This document shows positions 17,101 through 26,000 of a stretch of 64,000 nt of DNA, one piece after another. The position numbers and the translations under genes are program-made. The notes below the pieces were generated by a model. It saw only the letters and a list, made by a program, of their open reading frames with translations, ran no database searches and was not told where the DNA came from. The number at the start of each line of letters is the position of its first letter. Positions within the stretch are counted from its first letter, which is position 1. The DNA is taken from assembly GCA_036725105.1 (NCBI GenBank), contig DAIMET010000002.1, positions 5,534 to 69,533 on the forward strand, read 5' to 3'. Origin of the DNA: Calditrichota bacterium (GTDB lineage: Bacteria; Caldisericota; Caldisericia; UBA6126).

Positions 17101-20100
17101 TCAGGCAGTATCAATTACTTCTAAGCGTCCCAGATTTTACCCCTTTCCGTGAAATTCGAATCACTCCTCTGATCATTGATCAGTTCCACACCACCAGACT
17201 TACGAGTATTGTACTTGACAGTACTACCTATGACTGTGGATCTCAAGTGGGCGGAAACAAAAACTATTGGGTAAACGAAAATGTCATTCATGGTTTATCT
17301 GTTGGTAAGAATTGTGATTTCCGTTATATCGACTGGGAAGTATTCCCTTCAGATCGTCTGGGAATGGAATTATCGATCGAACCAGAAATTAAAGTTGAAC
17401 AAACCACGCAAATTCAAATTACCGTTGATCCCCCCCCAAAACCAGAGTATTGGGAAAATGGTGTGTTTCATCCTGCTGAAAAAGTATTTGTTTATATTGT
17501 AAACACCCAAGAGTATATCGGCATTGATTTTAATGAAGACTATCGCGTCATAACTGCCGATGATCCTAAAGCTGTTTTTGAATTCACACCCTACCAGGGA
17601 TCTTGTACCCCAACTGGTTATCACAAAGGTTGGCAGCGAGTATGGAATAGCCAAGAATACCGCTACGAATTGGTTTCTTTTGACAATAACATGAGAATTA
17701 TTGCTGTAAAAGATTGTGGGGGAGTTACGGACCCAACCCCTGGACAATATACAATTTACGATCCATTCTGGAAGATGCACGACAATACCCTGAATTATGC
17801 CGGTAAAACCCGTGGTGATGAAATTTGGTCACCACCAACCTTTCCTACCTACTGTAGAGACTATTCTTGTTTTCCATATCCAAATACCAGCATATTAAAA
17901 AATAGATTCGATACTTACTCACAAGTTTCAATTCCAATTCTTCCCGAAGACATCGACATGCTTCCCTCTAAAAAATGCTTAAGCATTTTAGATCAAAAAT
18001 TTCCAAACCTTTCTGTTAAACTTCGTGATGCAGACAACCTCAAAGATATTAATGATCCCAACGGTCAAACTATCTCTGTTCCTGATGGTCATGAAATAAT
18101 AGCCTTCTATAATGCCTCTGGAGCTGGAATTCAATTCATGTTCACCGGACGCATTAGTGAAAGCCTTGCTGGCAAAGTTTATGGACTCCATTCTATAGGA
18201 GCCACTGAATATGATATTGAAGAAGACCAGCTCATTATTGGTCAATACAACGATGACGAGTCATTGTTTATATGGATGTGGAACGACTGTGGACCAAACC
18301 TGGGAATCCTCGATGAAGGCGATTTTCTTTGGGCTCCCAATCCTTTCTATGATCCAGATACTCCATCCACCGGACCTTCTATATTACCTGGATACCTAAA
18401 AGTAAACATTAGCAGCAACGAACAGATAAAATTCACAGATACTGACTGCTCACAAGGTACAAACAACTGTATTTCATGTGGAGATGGTATGTTTGATGAT
18501 CTTGGTACAGTCACCTATGGAGATACATTTGGTCCTCTCGAGCCGGGTATTCCTCCATTAATTACTGTAGCCACCTATGGCGTTCCTTCTCTGCTTAGAA
18601 ATTATGGACAAGCTCCGTATCCTTCTACAAATGAAGGAGGAGAACTTCCTGTCACTGTTCTTCCTAGAAATGCCTTAACGAAGCTTGCCCTTAAGGTTGA
18701 AACATACAATGTAATTTTCGATTACAATTCAGAAATCAAGCACCCACCCTATTTTGTCCAAACCAATCCAGATCATTCCATAGGTAATTTTGTTGATGAA
18801 ACCTATCTTGATTGGCAAAGACCTAGTTCTGGATTACAACGATTCAACCATTTTGGTACAGACTATTGCGGAGTTCACTTTTTCAAAGTTTTAGCACCCG
18901 ATCCATACGTCAATTTTGTTGAATTCAATACAATTGACCACGCACTTCAAAATTCCCAAGTGGACTATACTGCTGGATTAAATTCTTTATCTCCACTACC
19001 AGTTCCTTCTCCCCAAATTCAAGCACCTTACAACCCTATGGTAATTGATGTTGCCAAAGATTTACGAGCATACCCAGGTGGACAAACTCACACCGGTCGT
19101 GTTGCTGGTGCTGTTAAAAATGGTGGATACTACCGATCCGATGACTATCATAGCGGTTGGAATGCCTATCCCGCTGTTTGGTGGTGGTATTGGTATGGAG
19201 AGGATGTTAATTACAATCAATTCGTCGATTTTAACAAACTAGGAACTGAGTTTTTCCCTCTAACCGATTATGGTACCTTTTTTATCTTGAAAGATATTGA
19301 TGGAAACCACTTAAGTTTCAGCGAGGAAACAGAACCCGATTACCGTATTAGAAAAATAGAATTATCTGGTCCTATAGCAAGACCAAAAATTTTCGATCCC
19401 GTCAAGCAGACAATAAGTTCTGAATATCGCTATAACAATCTTCGTCATGTTCCCATTGTTTATGATTGGGAAAACAGTATTGTGATTGACAGTTCCAACT
19501 ATGCAGAGTTTGAAATGTCCTGGGATAATAAATACTACGGTAGAAAAGAAGACTATCCTCTAAATGTAAATGGAACGTATTCCAACCGTGAAGTATTTGA
19601 TTGGACTAGCACACGATCTGATGGAACTAAGTATCAGTATACGAATCCACTGCTTTTAGGTGGTGGACAACTCGATTTTAGAGGACTCAACAACGTATTT
19701 CGTATTGACGAATTTGTCCCCATTGCAAATGGATTGATACAAATCAAAGTAACTTTGTATGACGGTACGGTGAAAGTATATCAAGATTGTTGCGCGGAAC
19801 CTCCAACAGATGGTATCGAAGTACATGCACTAACAGTTGAATCAGATATTGAAGAACTATATGCAGACCAAGACAACAAAATTGAGGTAAAAGTAACCGA
19901 ACATACAACATTCCAAGAAGAAATGTTGGTAAATGATGCATTGGTTTACATCTGGCAAGACCGCGGTGTGATTGGCGATGTTGATGGTATGTATGAGGGA
20001 GCTGGTGATGGATGGGTAGGAAATCCTCCTCATTCCAGTAAATATACTGAGCTTGCCCCCCAATACCTAGAAGATGAAGATTTTAACAAAGATGGCAAAA

Positions 20101-23015
20101 TCTCCTTCAAAGAATATGAGACCGAGATTATTGGTTCCTATGACCTTGCCACCAATACCTGGACAGGTGGTGTGATAGACGGTAGAACTTTCCAAAGAGG
20201 AGATGGTGTTTACACGTTCACCATGTCTGTCGAAAACGGTTGCCAAATTGACACCGTTGGTATCGACTTTGGTGGATTAAACAATGAACCTGACCATCTA
20301 ATCTCTGACTATGAAAAACTTCCCGTTATGGTAACCGCTTATAAATATGGTGACGACAATACAGATCGTTCCTTTGAACCGCTGTATAACTATGGAGGAA
20401 CTACTCCACAATTCTCACACGAAGTATATTTAGCAGGCCAGAAGTTTTTACCTGTTGAACCCATTATTGATCTGACTGCTTCTGTTCAACCAAGTCCGTT
20501 AACAGCCGGTGTAACGCCAGAACTTGTCGATCCTGTTTCACCCCTATCTTTTGTCTTAACCGACGAAGAAGGTACACCAGTCGATCTTTCAATAGGTATT
20601 CCTGACAAAGAAGGCAAATACGCTATTGATGACGATGATGTTTGGAATCACTTGTTCCGTGATGTTCACCCTGATCCTCTACCAGATTATTACTGGCTTC
20701 GAACAGACCTTCATAATAATGACGGTACTCGTGAGAATAATCACCAACTCTATTCTGTTTCTGCTTCTGCACCATTTAGTCCAATTGATATTGATTTCAA
20801 CCTAAAGACAGATGGTAAGTATTCTTTCCGAGGTTTCTGTGCCAACGATGAAGGAGAATTTGATGTATTTATCTATACTCCTGATCGTAAGCATGCTGCC
20901 AAGGTAAATGTAAAAGTAGTACTACCAACGGTTGAATATGAAGTAACCAATATTGATGATCCAGCTGGAACATCATATTCTGTACCGGGTAACCCCGATT
21001 TTGTATTAACCGCAGCTGACAATAGAATCTATCGAATCACAATTACTGCAAAGAACGCACAAGGTCTCTTATTGAAAGGTGTAAGCAAAGGCGTTAGCAC
21101 TTGTGGCGGAGGTATTAAAAATACTGCTCGCTTCACTCCTTATACAACACGACCAGAGTCATTTGACTTTAATGAAAGAGATCGAAATCTCTTTGCAGAA
21201 CACTTCATGCAAGACTTATATCCGTACACAATCCACCTTGGATTCGACTTCAACGACAACAAGCAAGTCGACAATAGAAATTCTGAATTATGCCTACCTG
21301 GAACATTCTATCAATCACCTAAACCAGGTGCTGATCAACAAGAGATTGGTAAAGTTTACTACAATACAACTCTCGTCCGATTTGACGAACAAAGTATTCA
21401 TGGTGGATGGGATGTTACTCCAAATCCTAACCTAACACCACCTACGGTTGGTTGGGGTCTTGGTGCTATTTACAATAGCGCTCACAAAGGCGGCTACTTG
21501 TTTGCCGATATTGATCCAAACGAAAAGCTTGACTACCACGATTCCCTAGGTTTGGATGTCAATGCACAAACCACCTTCTATGTCTTCGCAGAAGATATAT
21601 GCTATATCGGCGGATTAGTAGGCGACAATGTGTATTGTAATAATCCATCTCAAGCTGATCTTTGTGGATATCCTCCAAAGTATAAAACTGATCCTGCACA
21701 CACTATTTCACGATTTGATCCCGGTAGAACCAATGACAATACATTCTTCCTCGATTGGGAAGCTTTCCCCAGCCACGAAGTTCACATTGCACCTCCACGC
21801 CTGACCGTACTTTCTGCTCTCACCCGTGTTGAACTTGGACAAGATCTCCTGAATGCTGCCAATTACGATTTAACCTATGCCATTGAAAACAACATGATTG
21901 TGCAAGTACGACCTGCCGACTCTCGTGATCTTCCTATGCACGAAGATGGCCGGGTCTTCTTGTTTGGTAATCAACACCAAACTGCCATTTACGGCGATAC
22001 TACTGCTTCCCCTACAGATCCATCTGTCATGGAAACCACTCTCTTCTTCACCCCCACCGGCGTTGGCGAACAAATTGCCTCTCTGGGATACTTCAATCCC
22101 AACCACCACTATCATGTTGAACCATACCAATTTGACAACACCTCTACATATACTCTCCGTGACCTTCTCCACTTTGATTCCATTGTTGGATTACAAGTGG
22201 AAGTTGCTTCTGTTCCTTCTCTGAATCCCAATGTCACTTCTGAGCTTACCATTTCGGTTTCAGAAATCGGAACCAATGCACCCGTTGAAGGTGCAAAAGT
22301 AACCATTGAAGGACCTGGTATCAATACGACCGGTACCACCAATGAGCAAGGCGTTTTGAACACAAAAGTCACTCCCAACAAAAAAGGAATTGTAACCATT
22401 CACGTTACCAATACCAACATGATGGAAGGCCATACAGAAGTATGGGTCAAACCAGACACAACTGAACCTATTCTAGAATTGGATCCCGTGGCCTCTATTA
22501 CTAACAAAGCCACCCTGGAAGTGACCGGAATGACCAATCCTGGCAATGAAGTAACAGTCAACAATGAACCTGCTACCGTTTCACAAAATGGGACCTTCTC
22601 CATTCGTGTTACGTTGGAAGAAGGACTCAATACAATTATCGCTACTGCCACCACCCCCACCGGAAAGACTGTACGCCGTATGCTCACTATTACCCTTGAT
22701 ACGACCCCTCCCATGATTTTTGTTGATGATCCAGGGGCACTCCAGGGATCAGAACCCTTCACCTATACCCTTACAGGCCGTGTAGAACCAGACTGTAAAG
22801 TGACTGTCAACAACCAAGACGCAACTGTAACCCATGACATATGGTCCATTGATGTGACCATCAAACCAGGGAAAAATGCTTTTGTCATTACAGCCACTGA
22901 TGTTGCAGGTAATGTCAATACGATGAATTTTGAAGTGATTGTACAAGAAATTGAAAAGCAGAATTCTTTTGTATACCAACACCCTGTTAGTGTTCGGTAT
23001 GAAGGAATTTTGTAA
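14106..23015 (+). CDS. Giant secreted protein, 2,969 aa, unknown family (paralogue 1); C-terminal Ig-like beta-sandwich modules
   Basis: Uninterrupted 8.9 kb ORF. AAGGAG lies 7 nt before the ATG. The N-terminus is hydrophobic (MKKIFAWLVISFMAVALL). It aligns along its full length with the next ORF. The last ~250 aa (VEGAKVTIEGPGINTTGTTNEQGVL.., DTTEPILELDP.., DTTPPMIFVDDP..) look like Big/CarboxypepD_reg-type modules. Confidence 0.8.
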   Translation: MKKIFAWLVISFMAVALLQNPFNNAVNITTANEELNKATFIAVRLVPARFNRDGQQLEGKLFPWQRSGETVWGREGYGMPNSLLAIENENNIPALLPNTQAEPLFWAKFYLDVIADGGKSRFKEPWYVVYDNCGQFWLDPDGYFNDSRYFEPADPSNLNGKYQTNLCTNNPNALVDPSTGNNTQGPYILDPDNPRFDMFHGPTFIDQDGNTCIYFWDRNNTMRYFRMGWIDMVDFPLERGEGSVPPIRPSVVQGENYVSTKYIGTMDWDAQQAYSLLEFRYWGLPGSTGFNFDDDPVVQPDYTLEPNKSFRWYYNSDMDDLQSKRALTGDELHADNVSDEAQNKTASITVNYPPFSMPEQLHRFYTQISDFDPGEHIYRKGEYANTFPTYSFFVQEGDYRLTPVSVYFNGETRNYPPNSKVLPGDWDCAYDRNGDPVNQAVPSHYKSLFRFRTNFAEYNVDEGTNGGERIRKEDDELHVDNTKTPADSKWHEAWYSYEHKEWIYRDRGTDPQTYGRVTVGDYRLTNVNGPVFAGLKKDRNRGLVSSDVQLMVSKALKETSTPYVPRVRGDALVLAEVIFGGGNNSLYNLSIESDIWQGEIPDFTAASIRSQSGSFLPTAQSMQRNTVLDDDGRTFDISATTFQDVDVRYREYLGLEMWKDDGIDNNTGENFVDNPPPPIDTLFPYNLSDDYRPGRTGEEFLGCSNDIVADKDYGRMLSPFPFDIMYHDTTALDASDPIGNPYSYGCGEAIYKNKIIQPGALQVVDPGDERITEVTVTVGENVITYPANTTVVDGDSDVGLSLFNFDYDEMFFDQEWPEKCIEKNYTYDTGEGIYLTESKVPRDAPLYTLISQTEIDNYFFWGEIPFETVLYFDHDWDPVVNPVHTITPGDVRVLDLSGQYEPGSIVSSNMLIDMDLYYDMDPTPAHIRVYQDPIFPASHVGGYVDVDESGFVSTGDIRLYPIFGYQPYTVVEDGDRDNSDDPLNELPLIAEDLTWYGYIRQYQLLLSVPDFTPFREIRITPLIIDQFHTTRLTSIVLDSTTYDCGSQVGGNKNYWVNENVIHGLSVGKNCDFRYIDWEVFPSDRLGMELSIEPEIKVEQTTQIQITVDPPPKPEYWENGVFHPAEKVFVYIVNTQEYIGIDFNEDYRVITADDPKAVFEFTPYQGSCTPTGYHKGWQRVWNSQEYRYELVSFDNNMRIIAVKDCGGVTDPTPGQYTIYDPFWKMHDNTLNYAGKTRGDEIWSPPTFPTYCRDYSCFPYPNTSILKNRFDTYSQVSIPILPEDIDMLPSKKCLSILDQKFPNLSVKLRDADNLKDINDPNGQTISVPDGHEIIAFYNASGAGIQFMFTGRISESLAGKVYGLHSIGATEYDIEEDQLIIGQYNDDESLFIWMWNDCGPNLGILDEGDFLWAPNPFYDPDTPSTGPSILPGYLKVNISSNEQIKFTDTDCSQGTNNCISCGDGMFDDLGTVTYGDTFGPLEPGIPPLITVATYGVPSLLRNYGQAPYPSTNEGGELPVTVLPRNALTKLALKVETYNVIFDYNSEIKHPPYFVQTNPDHSIGNFVDETYLDWQRPSSGLQRFNHFGTDYCGVHFFKVLAPDPYVNFVEFNTIDHALQNSQVDYTAGLNSLSPLPVPSPQIQAPYNPMVIDVAKDLRAYPGGQTHTGRVAGAVKNGGYYRSDDYHSGWNAYPAVWWWYWYGEDVNYNQFVDFNKLGTEFFPLTDYGTFFILKDIDGNHLSFSEETEPDYRIRKIELSGPIARPKIFDPVKQTISSEYRYNNLRHVPIVYDWENSIVIDSSNYAEFEMSWDNKYYGRKEDYPLNVNGTYSNREVFDWTSTRSDGTKYQYTNPLLLGGGQLDFRGLNNVFRIDEFVPIANGLIQIKVTLYDGTVKVYQDCCAEPPTDGIEVHALTVESDIEELYADQDNKIEVKVTEHTTFQEEMLVNDALVYIWQDRGVIGDVDGMYEGAGDGWVGNPPHSSKYTELAPQYLEDEDFNKDGKISFKEYETEIIGSYDLATNTWTGGVIDGRTFQRGDGVYTFTMSVENGCQIDTVGIDFGGLNNEPDHLISDYEKLPVMVTAYKYGDDNTDRSFEPLYNYGGTTPQFSHEVYLAGQKFLPVEPIIDLTASVQPSPLTAGVTPELVDPVSPLSFVLTDEEGTPVDLSIGIPDKEGKYAIDDDDVWNHLFRDVHPDPLPDYYWLRTDLHNNDGTRENNHQLYSVSASAPFSPIDIDFNLKTDGKYSFRGFCANDEGEFDVFIYTPDRKHAAKVNVKVVLPTVEYEVTNIDDPAGTSYSVPGNPDFVLTAADNRIYRITITAKNAQGLLLKGVSKGVSTCGGGIKNTARFTPYTTRPESFDFNERDRNLFAEHFMQDLYPYTIHLGFDFNDNKQVDNRNSELCLPGTFYQSPKPGADQQEIGKVYYNTTLVRFDEQSIHGGWDVTPNPNLTPPTVGWGLGAIYNSAHKGGYLFADIDPNEKLDYHDSLGLDVNAQTTFYVFAEDICYIGGLVGDNVYCNNPSQADLCGYPPKYKTDPAHTISRFDPGRTNDNTFFLDWEAFPSHEVHIAPPRLTVLSALTRVELGQDLLNAANYDLTYAIENNMIVQVRPADSRDLPMHEDGRVFLFGNQHQTAIYGDTTASPTDPSVMETTLFFTPTGVGEQIASLGYFNPNHHYHVEPYQFDNTSTYTLRDLLHFDSIVGLQVEVASVPSLNPNVTSELTISVSEIGTNAPVEGAKVTIEGPGINTTGTTNEQGVLNTKVTPNKKGIVTIHVTNTNMMEGHTEVWVKPDTTEPILELDPVASITNKATLEVTGMTNPGNEVTVNNEPATVSQNGTFSIRVTLEEGLNTIIATATTPTGKTVRRMLTITLDTTPPMIFVDDPGALQGSEPFTYTLTGRVEPDCKVTVNNQDATVTHDIWSIDVTIKPGKNAFVITATDVAGNVNTMNFEVIVQEIEKQNSFVYQHPVSVRYEGIL
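21453..22942 (+). repeat. Direct repeat copy A (3' end of giant gene 1), ~1.49 kb
   Basis: Matches 30606-32095 at a constant offset of 9,153 nt. I found two mismatches by eye (21494, 21521) and none from 21522 onward. Confidence 0.9.
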
Positions 23016-23072
23016 TAGTTTGTTATGCAAAACGATAGACAACAAACGATGGTTTTTGAAAGGAGAATTGGT

Positions 23073-26000
23073 ATGAAGAAGTTAACAAGTGGGCTGATAG
23101 CACTTCTTATGTTTGCCAGTATTCTTCAAGTCGGTTTTTATTCTGTTCCTGCAAAAGCTGCTGAATCCCAAAATGCAGTTTTTATAGCTTCTAGATTTAT
23201 TCCTGTAGGCTTTGAAAGGGATGGTACGGCTTTGGATCCAGGCATAGACTTTCCGTGGCAGAAACCTGGTGAAATGTGTTGGGGGGGAGATGAATATGGT
23301 ATGCCAGATACAGAACTAGCTGTATTGGCACATTATATTTATTCTGAAGAACCTCTAGGACTTACACCAGAACCTGTGTCCGAAAGTTACAAAAAAGGAC
23401 CCAATGAATATGCATTTGGCGATATTAATATCCCCGCTAGACCTGATCAACCTCATTTTGATGAATTAGGCAATCAACTCTACGACCAAGAAGGATTTCC
23501 AATTACCACAAATACTACTGTTCAGCCGTTGTTATGGACAGAGTTTTATTTAATGGTAGATCCAGCCAGTGGTAAATCACAAGAATACAATCGCTGGTAT
23601 GCAGTTTATGACTCTGCTGGTCAATTGTGGTTTGACAAAGATGGATATTTTAACGATTGCCGGTATTATGAATTTGCCGATCCATCCAATCTATATGACA
23701 CATATGAAGTGCAGTTTGATCCTGAAAAGAATGACTTAGAAAAGTTTTTATCTGCATTTCAAGAAAACAATACATGTCGAAACAATAAAAATGCCATTGT
23801 GGATCCAATTGGAAGCAATAACACACAAGGTCCTTATTTCTTAGATCCAGATCATCCAATGTACCGCGGTGATATGGATGCAGGTGGCATAACCAGAAAT
23901 TACTTCTGGGACCGAGAAGGAACTGGACGTTATTTCCGCATTGGCTGGATTGACATGCCAGATTTTCCTATACTTATTGATGAATTTGGCGTACGATCTC
24001 CTACATCTGTCGTAGGAAATCTATCTACCCACGGCGAAACCAAGAAAGCCGATTGGGACGGAGCTGCCCAGTATCCTTTATACGATTTTTCTTATTGGGG
24101 ATTACCCTCCGATTTTGCCGATTCAATGGGATTACCTCGCAGTGTTAGCTGCGAAGGTGTTGAACAAGTAGATTCAAATGCACAACCATATGACGACTAC
24201 ACTTGGTATTACACCTCCGACCCTAATGATGACGAGAGCATGTATGTAAACGTATATGATGAATTACATGCAGACAATATCAATGCTTCTGGTAACAGAA
24301 TTAAACCCGATCCTGTTGATGATGGCATTGATTATTACGCCAATGTATCTGCATATCATCCTGGTGAATGGATATATCGGAAAGGTGTTGATACTAGTAC
24401 ATTGCCACCTACGCCTAACAACGATTATACCGTGCAAGTTGGAGACTTCCGTCTAACACCTGTTGCTGTCCGCATGGATGACGGGAAAACATATTATAAA
24501 TATGCAGCCAATACTACCGTCAAAGAAGGCGACAAAGACGTTGATATCAGCTTATGGCGCTTTGTTGCAAATTTCGCAGAAACAGGTATGTTTGCTGGAG
24601 AACGTACCGGTAAGGCTAATGACGAAATGCATACCGAGAATATCAATTCATCTAGATCAACTACATGGGGTATGGATTTTGATTGGACACTGTATGAATA
24701 CGGCGAATGGATTTACAAAGAAGCTGGAACAACTGGATTTGGGGTTGTTTCTTATGGCGATTTCAGACTATCTAATGTAAACAATCTAATCAATCCAATC
24801 ACGAACGCAAAATACCTGAAACGTGGATATGTAAATGCTACCATGATTCCTGTTCCTGCATATCCCGGTAGTCTCACAAAAGTCCCAAGAATCTATGGCG
24901 ACGTATTATTGCTCGGAGAAGTTTTACATGGTGGTTGTAATGAGCCCACATACAATCTATCTGTTCAAACAGATGTATGGTCTGGCATTATGCCTAGTGT
25001 TACATCTGCTGCCCTTCGATCTCCGAATAAAGACATTCAGGGAGCTGTACAATCAGTTCAAAAGAATACAGTACTCGACCCTACTGGTGAAGAATTTTTC
25101 GTTCCTGCCACTACTTTCCAAAACATCAATTTAAAATACAGAGAATACATTGGTGTTGAAATTTTCAAGGACAACGGTGTATCAAACGATATCTGTGATT
25201 TAGATGAAACACTTACTAGAGCAGAGCGATACAACTTATTCCCATACAATCTTTCTGATGATCAAGAAGAAGGTATTGCTTGCGAAGAGTATCTCGGTGC
25301 TGAAGATTCTATTATTACTTCTCGAGACATTGGTAGAGTACTGACACCCTTCCCAAGCGATGTTATGTATTATGAAGGTTCTCAAAATCCAATCTACGGA
25401 TGCCAAGAGCCTATTTATAAAAATAAAAATAAAGTCGATGACGGTTTGGGTAATCAAATTGTGAACGAAGGCGACATTCGCCTCACCGATCGTATGATTA
25501 CTAGAAGTAACCTTGTTACTGAATACAAGGCTGGTTCAGAAGTTTCAGAAGGCGATCTAGATGTCGGCGATATCTTGTTTCATTTCTCAAAATTGGACAT
25601 GTTCTACGATCAGGACTGGCCCAATGAAAAGATTTTCAAAAATGGTACATACGATATTGGCGAAGACATTTATCACCTTGGTAACATGGAAATTGATCAA
25701 AAACAATTCTTACCTGTCAATCATCAATTTTACATGGGATTAACAACTGGTTCTGGTACAGAACGATATTTTGATACAGTTTTGTATTATGATGCTGATG
25801 GAGATGGCAAAGCAAGTCCTGGGGATATTCGAGTTTTTGACCTTTCAGGTCGTTTCCCCAATGGATCTATTTTAACCGTACACGATGCTGATTGTCCTAC
25901 CTCTCTATCTAGCTGGGACAACTATGATACCCTCCTATACTATCCCATGGATGGCTTAGTAGATATTTTCACTCTTGCTGAAGACTACGATGTAAGCCGA

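Noticed and set aside
21870-22762. A series of 95-120-aa antisense and off-frame ORFs inside the giant genes, each present twice (for example 22400-22762 and 31553-31915).
   Set aside because: They lie entirely within the long sense ORFs, lack RBSs, and have low-complexity translations. Their duplication simply mirrors the identical DNA repeat. I used them as evidence for the repeat, not as genes.
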